Notes under the pieces: generated by a model
The model's input: the letters and a program-made list of their open reading frames with translations, nothing else
Database searches by the model: none
What the model was told of the DNA's origin: nothing
In this document: positions 12,740 through 23,819 of the stretch, piece after piece
Layout of the letters: the number at the start of each line of letters is the position of its first letter
How positions within the stretch are numbered: position 1 is the stretch's first letter
Source: Scenedesmus sp. PABB004
Taxonomy: Eukaryota
Direction of reading: 5' to 3'
NCBI GenBank assembly: GCA_014905635.1
Contig: CM026547.1
Location: forward strand, 3,348,001 to 3,412,000
Length of the DNA stretch: 64,000 nt
Position numbers and translations under genes: made by a program

Positions 12740-15700
12740 ATGAGCGTCTTCTCCGAGGCCGTGAGCGTGTGCAGCCGCACGACCGACTTTACGTTCTGCC
12801 TCGACAACGCCGCGTTCAGCGATGCGGTGCTCGTGCTGCTCACGCGCCGCCCGCGCGCGCCGAGCGTCAGCCGGCGCCTCATCAGCAGCGTCGCGCAGCT
12901 CTGGCTCGCCGCCGCGACGGTCACCGCGTCGACGGTCGCGGCGCAGCTGCAGAGCGCGGCGCCCGCGGAGATGGTGCGCAAGTACGGCGCCGAGGCGGCG
13001 TCGCTGCTGACGCCGCGCGTCGTGGACGAGCTCGCCATCGCGGCGGCGTTCCAGGTCAACAGCGCCATCCTCGCCGCGAGCAGCCCCTACCTGCGCCAGC
13101 TCATCATGCACGCGGCGGCGCTGCTGCCGCAGCTCGCGCCGCTCGTGCCGGGCCTGTCGGCCGTCGCCGCGAAGCACCGCGGGCGCAAGCTGCTCGTCGT
13201 GGTCGTGCAGCAGCACCACCTCGCCGCCGCGGAGGCGGTCATCAGGCGCGGCGCGCCGCCCCGCGCCTGCGCCGCGCCGCGGCGGGCGTGCGCCGTGCCG
13301 CCCCGCTGTGCCCCGCCACTGCCCCCCCCCCTCCACACACACACGCGCACACACACTCACACACAACACCAACCCACGCACAGGTTCATGTTCACAAATG
13401 ACATCGCCCTGCGCAGCACCAAGGACGCGCTTGACGCGCTGCTCGTCGCGGAGCAGCTGCAGGCGCGCGCGCCGCGCCGCGCCGCGGCAGGGCAGCGGGC
13501 GCGCCCGTGCGACGCGCGACGCGCGACGCGCGGCGCGGGGGCGCCGACGCGCGTGCGCGCCGCCGCCTGCGCCCGCGCCGCAGGTGCCCGACTGCGCCGA
13601 GGTGTGCCAGCACTATGTGGAGGACTGCGCGACCATGGACTGGACCGTCGCGCTGCCGCTGGTCCACCTGGAGCACAGGCACCAGCAGGCGAAGCGGCAG
13701 CGCAGCGCCGCCGCGGCGGGCGGCGGCGGCGGCCCCGCGGCGCCGCCGCCGCCGCGCGCGCGCGCGGGTCCGGCTCCGCCGCGGCGCTCGCGGAGCGGCT
13801 GCAGGCGATGGGCGGCGCGACGACATACGTCAGCCGCCAGGCGTTTGCGGCGCTCTGGCCCGCCGGCGGCGGCCGCGCGGCGGCGGCCGAGGTCGTCGCG
13901 CCGCCGCTGCCGGTGCCGAGCGAGAGCGTGTACCTCCAGGCGCTGCTCGCGCGCGCGCAGGACTTCCTGGTCACCCAGTTTGCCGACCTCGAGGCCGTCA
14001 TGGACAGCGGCGAGGGCCGCGAGCGCCTGCTGCTGCTGCCCTACGACGCGCTGCGCAGCGTGCTCGCGCACCCGCGCCTGCGCGTCGCGAGCGAAAACAC
14101 CGCTGTCGCGGCCGCGGCGGCGTGGCTCGGCGCCAACGTCGCGGCCGCGGACAGCCTGCTGCTCGACGCCGCCGCGCCGGACGCGCGCGCGCAGCAGCGC
14201 GCCGGCGCCCCGCCCGCGCCGCCCGCGGGCGGCGGCGGCGGGGGCGCGGCGGGCGCGCGGCCGGCGCCGTCGGGCCTGGCCAACGGCAGCACGCCGGTTG
14301 AGAGCTACCTCGACAGCCTGCCCAGCCCCGGCGCGATGAGCCCGCGCGAGCCGCCGTTCAGCGGCGCGCCGAGCCGCGCGCTGTCCCCCATCATGAGCCC
14401 AGGGCCCGAACCGCCGCCCTCGCCGGGCGAGCCCGGCGCCGCCGCGCCCGGCGGCGGCGGCGGTGCTGCAGGCGCGGCCGCGCAGCCGCGGCCGGGCGAC
14501 GGCGCCGCCGCCAACGGCGCCGCCGCCGACAAGGCGCCCGGCGACGCCGCGCCGGCGGCCGGGGCGGGGGGCGCGCCCAAGGCGCCCGGCCTCACCAGCG
14601 GCGCCGCGGGGCTGCTGCGCGACCTGACCAAGGTATTGCGCCTGCGGCACTGCAGCTACACGTACGTCCTGCACGTGCTGCCCCACCTGCCCGGCTTCCG
14701 CGACCACCCAGGCCTCGTCTCGGCGCTGCAGTTCGACGTGCTGCGCTACCAGGCGGCCGGCCCGCTGCGCCAGCGCCGCCTCGCGCTCGCGGCGGCCGCG
14801 AGCGTGGGCCTCACGCAGCAGGCGCTCGCGGGCGTCGCGGAGGCGGCCGCCGGCGGCGGCGCCGCCGCGCCCGCGCCCGCGGCGCCCGCGCCGGCCGACG
14901 GCGGCTGGGCGGCGGCGGGGCGTGCGCCGCTGCCGGTCGGGGCCGACCTGCTCGCGGGCGCGCCGGCGCTGCTGCTGTTTCAGCGCCGCCCGGAGAGCGC
15001 CGTCGGCGCGCTGGACTTTGTCTTTGCGTTCGACCCCGCCGCGCTCGGCGCGGCGGCCGAGCCCAGCGCCAAGCCCGGCTCCGGCGGCGGCTGGAACGCG
15101 CGGTCGCTGCTCGAGGGCGCCGCCGCGGTGGCGGGCGGCGGCGGGCTGCTCGGCCTGCCGCGCCAGGCGCCCGACACGCTGCAGAGCGAGGGGCACTTCT
15201 TCGCCGGCTACGTGTGGGCCCTCGTCGTCGCGGCGGACGGCTTTGTGGGCGTGCACTGGCGTGTGCAGCTGCCCACCGCGGCGAGCCCCGGCAAGCTCGA
15301 CGAGGTACCGCTGCCGGCGGCGCCCGCCGGCGCCGACGGCGCCGACGGCGGCGACGGTGGCGGCGACGGCGCCGACGGCGGCGCGGGGCTGCTGGTGCCG
15401 GAGGTCGGCGTCACGTTTTCGATCGTCGCGCTGCAGGGCGGCGGCCTGGCGCTGCAGGGCAGCGGCCTGGCGCGCAGCACGCGCAACAGCAGCAGCAGCA
15501 GCTTCGCCGCGCTGGCCGCCGCGGGCGCGGCCTCCGCAGACGGCAGCGGCGCCCGCGGCGCTCCGCCCGGCGCCGCCGGCGGCGAGGGCAGCGGCGGCGG
15601 CGGCGGCGGCGGCCGCGCGCCTCTCCCGGCGGCGGCGGCGGCGGCGGCGGCAAACGGCGGCAGCGCGCCGTCGTCCAGCGGCGGCGCGAGCCCCAGCAAG

Positions 15701-15874
15701 GCCAAGGGCAGCAGCGGCGGCAAGCAGTACGGGAAGGCCTACACCGAGCCGCAGTTTGTGCCGCACGGCTGCGCGTGGGGCTTTGTGGGCTTCCCCGGCG
15801 CGGGCGGGTGGGAGGGCCTGAAGGGCCCCGACGGCCGCGTGTCGCTGCGGTGCGTGCTGAAGCACCGCGAGTAG
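12740..15874 (+). CDS. BTB/POZ-BACK domain protein
   Basis: DNAAFSDAVL...VNSAILAASSPYLRQL...AAEAVIRFMFT...DALLVAEQLQVPDCAEVC is BTB-like; LLLLPYDALRSVLAHPRLRVASENTA is BACK-like. Introns at 13246-13383 and 13463-13583; a frame discontinuity near 13690-13800 is unresolved. Confidence 0.8.
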   Translation: MSVFSEAVSVCSRTTDFTFCLDNAAFSDAVLVLLTRRPRAPSVSRRLISSVAQLWLAAATVTASTVAAQLQSAAPAEMVRKYGAEAASLLTPRVVDELAIAAAFQVNSAILAASSPYLRQLIMHAAALLPQLAPLVPGLSAVAAKHRGRKLLVVVVQQHHLAAAEAVIRRGAPPRACAAPRRACAVPPRCAPPLPPPLHTHTRTHTHTQHQPTHRFMFTNDIALRSTKDALDALLVAEQLQARAPRRAAAGQRARPCDARRATRGAGAPTRVRAAACARAAGARLRRGVPALCGGLRDHGLDRRAAAGPPGAQAPAGEAAAQRRRGGRRRRPRGAAAAARARGSGSAAALAERLQAMGGATTYVSRQAFAALWPAGGGRAAAAEVVAPPLPVPSESVYLQALLARAQDFLVTQFADLEAVMDSGEGRERLLLLPYDALRSVLAHPRLRVASENTAVAAAAAWLGANVAAADSLLLDAAAPDARAQQRAGAPPAPPAGGGGGGAAGARPAPSGLANGSTPVESYLDSLPSPGAMSPREPPFSGAPSRALSPIMSPGPEPPPSPGEPGAAAPGGGGGAAGAAAQPRPGDGAAANGAAADKAPGDAAPAAGAGGAPKAPGLTSGAAGLLRDLTKVLRLRHCSYTYVLHVLPHLPGFRDHPGLVSALQFDVLRYQAAGPLRQRRLALAAAASVGLTQQALAGVAEAAAGGGAAAPAPAAPAPADGGWAAAGRAPLPVGADLLAGAPALLLFQRRPESAVGALDFVFAFDPAALGAAAEPSAKPGSGGGWNARSLLEGAAAVAGGGGLLGLPRQAPDTLQSEGHFFAGYVWALVVAADGFVGVHWRVQLPTAASPGKLDEVPLPAAPAGADGADGGDGGGDGADGGAGLLVPEVGVTFSIVALQGGGLALQGSGLARSTRNSSSSSFAALAAAGAASADGSGARGAPPGAAGGEGSGGGGGGGRAPLPAAAAAAAANGGSAPSSSGGASPSKAKGSSGGKQYGKAYTEPQFVPHGCAWGFVGFPGAGGWEGLKGPDGRVSLRCVLKHRE

Positions 15875-16173
15875 GCAGGCGAGGGGGCGGGGCGCGAGGG
15901 CGCCGCCGCCGCCGCGCTCGCAAAGCTGCTCGCTCGCAAAGCTGCTCGGGCGAGCGGCCGTCAGCGCGGCGGCGGTGTTCCCGCGCCCGTGTACAAATGT
16001 GTGTGACTCGCTGAACTGTGACTCTCTCTGGGCTTTTGTGTCTGGGCTGTGCCCCAAACCCTGATCGCCGTCATGTGTGGCGGCTGTGCCGCAGACGTTG
16101 TAAAGCTGCCTGCCCTGCGCCCCCGTGCCCGAGTCCCACCACCACCGCTCCCCCCGAGGTGCGCTGCGCCGCC

Positions 16174-16688
16174 ATGGCCACAGCGGCGGTGGCGGCGCCG
16201 CACGCGCCGGCCGCGGTGGCGCTGCTGCCGGTCGGCGACGACCTGGAGCTGCTCCCCCCCGACGTCGACGTGGCCGACGTCCTGCAGGCGAGCGCCCGCG
16301 CCCGCGCAGGCGACCGGGCACGCCCCGCAGGCAGCAGCAGCGAAGCGCCTCCGCTGCCGCGCCGCAGGGCCCCACGCACGCGGTTCGCCTGAGCTGCGGG
16401 AGTCTCACCATGCACTGGTCATTTGCTGGCTACGAGACGGCCCTGGTGGGAGGCCGCGCAAACGAGCTGGCGAAAGCGGCGTGCGGCCGCGGCGTCCTAC
16501 AACGCTGCCGCCGCACCACCGCAGGTGAACGACGCGGCGTCCTCGCTGGCGCAGCAGCTTATCAAAGGCGACGCGGTCATCGTGCAGGCTGCGGACGCGC
16601 GCGGGAGCCTGCATGACCTGCTGCGGCGGCACAGCGGCCAACGCGGCGCCGCTGCCGCGCGACAGCAGGCGCAGCAGCAGCAGCAGCT

Positions 16689-16751
<63 letters not shown>

Positions 16752-17941
16752 GGGCACCACCGTCGCGCACGCGGAGCTCAAGCGCGTGCGCAGCTCGCAG
16801 CACATCGCGGCCGCAAACCGCACGCGGCAGCGCATCCTCTCGGGGCGCATGCCCCCAGCGCCGCCGCTGCCGCCCGCGGCGGGGCAGCTGCAGCGGTGCA
16901 GCGAGGCGCTGCCGCCGTGGGCCGCCGGCACCGCGCCGCTTGGCGCCGGGCGCCACCACTGCCGCAGCGACAGCAGCGGCGCCAACAACAATAACAGCGG
17001 CCGCGCCGCCATGGACTGGGAGCCGGCCGCGGCTGAGGACGCGCCGGGCGACGGCGGTAGCGGCAACGACGCCGCCGCGGCGCCGCCCGCGTGGGAGGAG
17101 CTGTCCGAGGACCTGGTGGCGCGCGTGGCGGGCTTTGTCGGCGCGCGGCTGCCGGACCTGATGCCGATGTATGGCACCTGCGCCTCCTGGCGGCGCGCGG
17201 TGCTGGAGGACGACACGCTGCTCGCCCGCCTCGCGTTCAGCCTCAACGCCTCGGCACCGCGCCCGCCGCTGCAGCGCCACCCCGCGCTGCTGGAGCGGGT
17301 GCGCGGGCGGCGCGCGGCGCGCCGTCGCCCTCGGCGTGCGCGCGGGGCCGGCGCTGCGCTGCCGCGCACGCTCACGCTGCAGGGCCCCAGCGCCCGCCCC
17401 CCTGACCGCGCGCCGCCGCGCCGCCGCCGCGCGCCGCCGCGCCCAGGCCGCGCGGCTGGGCAACGTGTCCGCGCTCGTGTGCCGCGCGCGGCTGCTCGAC
17501 GCCGCGGGCGCGCCGGACGAGGCGATGCGCTGCTGGCGGCGCGCGGCCAAGGGCGGCGACCTGGAGGGCCAGCTGCTGCTCGGCCTCGCCCTCTACCGCG
17601 GCGCCGCGGGGCTGGCGCAGGACCCGGAGGAGTGCCACCTCTGGCTCGTCAAGGCCTTCCGCGCCGCGCTCGCGGCCGAGGCGCGGCCCGCGGCCGCGGC
17701 GGGCGGCCCCGCGGCGGCGCCGGCCGGCGACGCCCGCGGCGGCGGCGGCGGCGGCGGCGGCGGGCTCGCCGCGCGCGTGGTGCAGCAGGCGGGGCTGGTG
17801 CTGGGCTACCTGTCGCTGGACGGCGAGGGCACGCGCGCCGATGTGCAGGAGGCGGTGCGGTTTCTAAAGGCGGCCGCGAGCGCGGGGAGCAGGGAGGCCG
17901 ACGGCTGCCTCGGCTGGATGTGGAACACGGGCCAGTACTAG
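16174..17941 (+). CDS. F-box protein with C-terminal Sel1-like repeats and polyQ
   Basis: F-box-like WEELSEDLVARVAGFV...GTCASWRRAV; Sel1-like AMRCWRRAAKGGDLEGQLLLGLALYRG and AVRFLKAAASAGSREADGCLGWMW. The structure of the 5' exons is less certain. Confidence 0.8.
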
Positions 17942-17995
17942 GTTCAATGATCATAAGCTGCGCAGCGCTGGCGCGCGCGCCTGCGCGCGGCTGGC

Positions 17996-18050
17996 GCGGC
18001 CTGTGCGGCGGCCGGCGCGGTGAAGGCGGAGCAGCGCTGGCGGTGTCGGG
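17996..18050 (+). repeat. ~55-bp dispersed element, copy 1 (inverted copy at 22712-22769)
   Basis: gcggcctgtgcggcggccggcgcgg-tgaaggcggagcagcgctggcggtgtcggg matches the reverse complement of 22712-22769 with one 3-nt indel and 2 mismatches. Confidence 0.85.
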
Positions 18051-18989
18051 GCGGCGCAGGTTACAGTCGACTCGCACGGCAACGCACGAGCGCGAGCAGC
18101 AGCAGTCAGTCGTGCAGATGCGGATGATGGCCAGTGCGACCCGTGGGGGCCTTGGGAGGCAGGAGAAGGGGCGGCCTGGCAAAACCAGGAAGGTGGTGCG
18201 GTGAAGGATGGATGGATGGCGGCGAAGCAGAAGCAGAAGCAGACCAAAGCAGTCTCGCAGGCGGCGGAGAGGCGGTGAGGATCCCGGTCCGACCACAGCA
18301 GCCGTGGGGCAACGGTCGCCCCCTCTTGCGACGTGGGTCGCCCGCGCCATCAGGTGTTGGGAAGGCCGCGGCAGGCGGCAAGCGCCGCGCGCCGGGCGAG
18401 CAAGCGGGCGGCGCGCCGCGCACCGGGCGGCGCGCCCAAAAGGTGCCTGAGACAAGGTGTGGCGGTGGGGCTGATGTGATGGTGATGATGGTGACGATGG
18501 TGATGAGCGGCGCCGTGCGGCCGCCGTGAATGCAAGGTGAGGGTCAATGGTTGCTGCGAGCCGCAACGGCGTTGTTTCGTTCCGCCGCCGGGGCTTGCGA
18601 CGCACCCGCCACAAGCGGCGGCGGCGCGGTGTTCCACGCTTGAGGTTTCCAGACACGGCAGTGCTTCGGCTGGGGCGCGCCCCGCCCCGCCCCGAGATGG
18701 TACTACTGTGCGTCGCGCGACGCGCGCACGCATGGCCGCGGGCGCGCACGATCTGGGCAGTGCACGCCAATCGGCTCCAAAGCAGTCCCCCCTCCCCTCC
18801 CCCCGGCGTGCACCGATGCACCGATTGGTTGAGTTGGTTGAGGTAGTTCAAACAGCTAAGCCAAAGCCCGCCCGCAAACGCGCGTGCGCCAGTGCCAGCG
18901 CACGGGTTTCGCGCGCGCATTGAAAGACCCCTCAACCACTCGCGGAGATTTGCCCACACGTTGCCCCCCGTGCCCGCCGCCCACGCGGC

Positions 18990-21900
18990 TCACGCCGGCG
19001 CCTCCAGCACGAGCTGCATCGCGGCCTCGACGTACGGCGCGAGCAGCTCGCTGCCCTCCGGGAAGCCCGTGAGCGAGGCCAGCGCGGCGGGCCAGGCGGG
19101 CAGCAGCCCCGCCGCGGCGCGGCTCGCGTAGAGCACGGCGACCGCGGCGACCGACGGCGGCACGCCCACAAACGCGGGGCTCGCAGCCGCGCGGCAGGCC
19201 ACCGCGAGCGCCTGGCCGGCGACGTGGCGCGTCGACGCGGCGTCGTCGCCCTCCACGCCGAGGCGCTCCACCAGCAGGCGCAGCACGCGCATCGCGCTGA
19301 TCGCGGCGCCGCGGCCGCCGAGCAGCGCGCGGACCTGGCCCGCCGCGAGCAGCAGCGCCTGCGGCGAGGCCTGGAAGACGGCGGCCAGCATGCCCATGCT
19401 GGAGGCGCCGCCCGGCGCGAGCAGCGCGAGGCACGCGCCCGCGAGCAGCCGGCCGCCGTCGCAGCTGGCCAGGCCGCTCGCGAGCACGCGGTCGAGCAGC
19501 TGCGCCGCGTCGTGCCCCGCCTCGGCCGGCAGGCCCAGGCAGGGCGCGGCGCGCAGGAGCAGCTGCACCAGCTCGCCGCGCTGCACCAGCAGCGCCGGCG
19601 GGATGGCCGCCGGGTCGACCCCGGCGTTCGCCTCGAAGGCCTGCACCGACAGCAGCGCCTGGCGGCACTTGATCTCGCGCTGCGCGTCCTCCTGCGCCGC
19701 CAGCATCCCGTCCACGCCGCGGCCGGGCAGGGCGAGCACGCCCAGCGCCGCCGCGAGCGCGCCGCCGCGCAGCCACTCGGCCACCGCCGGCGCGTCGGCG
19801 CCAAAGCGCAGCTCGTCCGCGCCGCCGGGCGCGGGCAGCAGCGTGAACGGCGCGCCCGTGGCGGCGAGCTGGCCGGCGAGCACGCGGTGCATCGCCGCCG
19901 CGTCCTGGCCCTGCAGCGCGAGGCGCAGCACGACCTTGGCCATCGCCGGCGCGGCGAGCGTGGCGGCGCCGTGGTTGCGCAGCTCGCGCAGCGCGTGCAG
20001 CAGGCCGATGAGCGCGACGTGGGGCGGGCCGCTGGGCAGCTGCACCTCCAGCAGGTTGCCCTCGGGGCAGGCCTGTGGGCGCGGCAGGCGGGGCCGCGTC
20101 GGTGGCGGCTCGCCGCGGCGTGCGGGGGGCTGTGCGCGCGGGCAGCGCGCGCGCGCGGCGTCCTCGCGCACCCGCTCAGCGACCGCGGCGTGGTGGAGCC
20201 CCTGCGCGTGCGCGGCGTCGTGCAGCTGCACCGCGTAGCGCTGCAGCTCCACCACGCCCGTCGCCCAGCACGCGTCCATCGCGGCGTCGCGGGCGGGCGG
20301 GTCGACGCACTGCCCGCCGCGCAGCAGGGCCTCGAGCACGTGCACCGCCTCGCGCGCCTTGCCGAGGCGGGCGTAGACGCACACGAGGGCGTTGAACGTC
20401 GCCGCGTCGGGCGTGGCCACGGCGCACATGCGCTCAAACAGCGCCTCGGCGCGCGCGGGCTGGCCGCCGCGCAGGCAGGCGGTCAACGCCGCCGTGAGGC
20501 ACGCCGTGCTCGGGCGGACGCCCTCGCGCTCCATCTGCTGCAGCAGCTCCAGCGCCACGTCCCACCTGCGCGGCGGCGGCGGTGCGCGCGCGTGTGTGTG
20601 GAGGTGGTGGGGGGGGGGGGGGCAGCTGGGCCGCCGCGCGCGTTGCGTCGCGCCGCGGCCGTGCACCGCGTCGCACCTGCCGGCGGGCTCACACGCGGCG
20701 AGGACGGCGGCGTACGCGCTCGCGCCGCGCTCGTGGCCGCGCGCCGCCATGATGCCAAAGAGCGACAGCGCCGCGTCGAGCTGGCCCGACCGCGCGTACG
20801 ACGTGAGCGCCGCGCCGTACGTCGCGGCGTTGGGCTCCACGCCCGCGGCCAGCATCGCCTCGTGCACGGCCGCGCCCTCGGCGTAGCGCCCCGCCGCGTT
20901 GCAGGTGTTGATGACCGCGTTGTACGCGCGCGCCTCGGGCTTGAGGTTCTGCTGCGGCGGGGCAGAGCGAGCGCCGCGCGGCGCGGCGCCGGCGTCAGCG
21001 CCCCGCGCGCGGCGCGGCGCGGCGACGGCGTGAGCGCCCCGCGCGCGGCGCGGTGCGGCGCGGCGGCCGGGCGCGCGGCGCGCGCGCGCGCCTGGTGGCG
21101 CAGCTGGTCCAGGATGGCGACCGCGTCGCCCCAGCGCCCGGCCTTGTGGTGGATGTCGAGCAGGGTGTTGAAGGTCACCAGGTTGGGCGCGCAGCCCTCG
21201 GCCAGCATCTGGGCGTACACATCCAGGCCCAGGTCGAGCTCGTTGGCCTTGAGGCACACGTTGAGCAGCGCGCTGTACGTGTGCACGTTCTGACGGCGGC
21301 AGCGGCGGCGGCGCGCGCGCGCGCGTGGGCGGCGCCCCAGCTCGCGCGGGCGGCGGCGGCGGCGGCGGTGCGAGCGGGCGCGCGGGCGCGCCGCCGCACC
21401 AGCGGCACGGCGCGGCTGCGCATCTCGGCGACGAGCTCGAGCGCGCGGCGCAGCTGGTGGTGGCTGTTGCACTGCGCGATCATGGTGGTGTAGGTGAAGA
21501 CGTCGGCCAGGCCGGACAGCTCGTGGTCGTGCGCGAGCGCCCTGCGCAGCGGCGTCGCGGGCCGTCGCACCCCGCCCGCCGCCGGGCCGCGGCCGGCGCG
21601 CGCGCTGCCGGGCGGCGCGCGCGCACCGCAGGAAGTCGAAAATCTCCACCGCGCGCGTGCCGAGGCCCGACTTGCCGAGGCCCTTGAGCAGCGCCGCGAC
21701 GGCGCGCGAGTCGAGGTAGGCGAGGCCCGGCGCGACCACGTCGACGGCGGAGGCGCCCGCCGGCGTCTGCTGCACCACCCGGATGAGGTCCTCAACCTGC
21801 GGCGCGCGCGCGCGGGTCCGCGGGGCGCGGCGGCGTCGGCGCGCGCGGCGGGCGGCGGGCGGCGGCTGGCGCGCGCGCAGCGTCGGCGCCAGCGCGGGCG

Positions 21901-22374
21901 TGCAGCGCGGCGCCGGCGCACCGTGACGTCCTCGCGGGCGCCGGACGAGTCGCCCAGGCGCTCGCCGCGCTGCACGCGCGACACCATCTGCCACAGGCGG
22001 CGGTAGCCCTGGCCCTTGCGCGGCGGCGCCGCGCCCGCCGGCGCGCCGCCGCCCGCCTTGACGGCCGCCGGCCCGGGCCGCGGCGCCGCGGGGCTGGGCG
22101 GGTGGGGCGAGCCTCGCTGCTCCGGCCGCGCGCGCGGCGTCGCGGCGCCGCTGCAGGCGCCCCCCGCGAGCGATTGCGCGCCGCCGACGAACGTCATGAA
22201 GGGCAGCGCCTCCACGCTGCTGACGTCCGAAGCGTCCAGGGACGATCGGGGCGGGCACGAGAGCACCGCGACGCCGGCCCGGCGCGCCTTGCCCGGGGGA
22301 AGGCCCCCCGCGAACAGCTGCGCCGCCACGCCCGCACCCTCCCAGGTCCCCGACATCACCGACAGCGCCGACAT
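18990..22374 (-). CDS. Pentatricopeptide-repeat protein with C-terminal cyclin-like domain (PPR-cyclin)
   Basis: PPR motifs DVFTYTTMIAQC, NVHTYSALLNVC, PNLVTFNTLLD, AYNAVINTC, PNAATYGAAL and PDAATFNALV. The cyclin-fold-like C-terminus reads HDAAQLLDRVL...AGACLAL...PPSVAAVAVLYASR. Confidence 0.88.
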
Positions 22375-22711
22375 GATAGCCGCGCGGCCGGGCGACGCGG
22401 CTGCGCCTGGCCGCCCGGGGTCGCGGTGCGCGCGCCTGCCTCCCCCGACGCGCGTGGTCTGCCTCTCGAGGCTCTGTGTGCTGGGGTGGTCTGCGCGCGG
22501 GCGCGTCCTTCGGTCTGGGCGGGCGTGCGGGGCGTGCGCCACGCTGTCTCAGAATTGAGCCTCGTCGGATTGGCGGGCACGGCGTCGTAAACCTCGCTTC
22601 ACGCACTGCGGCCGCGTCAGCCCGCATCACGCGTGCCGGCCGCCGCGTCGCCGCGTGGCGCGGGTGGCGCCCCGTAAGGGGCTCAAATCCGCGTAGTCAA
22701 ATCCGCGTAGT

Positions 22712-22769
22712 CCCGACGCCGCCAGCGCTGCTCCGCCTTGACCGCCGCGCCGGCCGCCGCACAGGCCGC
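22712..22769 (-). repeat. ~58-bp dispersed element, copy 2
   Basis: Reverse complement of 17996-18050; abuts the 14-bp tandem duplication tcaaatccgcgtag x2 at 22683-22710. Confidence 0.85.
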
Positions 22770-22821
22770 ACCCGCCGAGGTTTACAGCACGACACGCACC
22801 GCGTCGTGCCTGCGCGCCGCG

Positions 22822-23777
22822 TCAGCCGCCCTCGCTGCCCAGCGCCTCGGCGAGCCCGCCCCACAGCTCGGCGGCGGCGGCCGCGACCTGCGCCTGCGCG
22901 GCCGCGAATCGCCGCAGGTGCTGCCGGTAGTCGAGCGCTTGCTGCAGGCTCAGGCGGACGAGCTCGCTCTCGTTGCGGTCTTTGAGCAGCGCGTACGTCT
23001 GACGCGCGGCGTCGAGCCGTGCCTGCGCACGGCAAGCGGGCGTGACTGCGCAGCCCCACCGCCGCCGCCGCAGGCAGCCAGCGGCCGCGCCGCGCGCCGC
23101 CCGCGCCGCGCGCCGCGCACCTGCACCGCGTCCGCGGCGGCCCCCAGCGCCGCCAGCCGCCTGTCGCCCGGCGCGGCGGGCCCGAGCGCCGCGGCGGCGC
23201 GGGCGGCCGCGCCGCGCTTGTCCGCGAGCTCGTCGGCCAGGCGGTGCACCGCATCCAGCGCGGCCTCGCGCTCCTCTAGCGTGGCGACCGCCTCGGGCAC
23301 CAGAACCGCCCAGTCGTGCAGGAAGACCAGCGCCGCGCCGCCGCGCAGCACAAACTAGCGCGGCGCGGCGCGAGGCCGGGCGGGCGGCGCGGCCGGCGCG
23401 GGCGTTTCAGGGGAGGAGGGTCGAGGTGCGAGTCGGCCGCCGCTGCGGGTCGCGCGCCCGCGGCAGCGGCTGCGCGGCGACGCACACCGCTCCCGGACGG
23501 CCCCCCACAAGCGGCGCGGCGCCGCACCTGCTTCTCCACTGTGGCGTGCCGCGCCGCCACAAAGCCGAGCTGCTGCAGGTCGGCGGCGCGCTGCGAGCAG
23601 CCACTGCCGGCGGCCGTGTACCGGCCCTGCCGCGCAGCGGCGGCCTCCTCAGAGCGAGCCATGGCGTTGAACGCGCGGCCCAGATCGCCAAAGTCGTCGG
23701 CGCTCGCCTCCAGGTGGCCCACCAGGCTGCGCACGACCGCGACGCACGCAGAGAGGTGGCGCTGCAGCTCCCTGGCA

Positions 23778-23819
<42 letters not shown>

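Noticed and set aside
18465..18505. (GATGGT)n repeat giving poly-His in a minus-strand ORF
   Set aside because: Microsatellite in a convergent 3'-UTR region with no coding support.
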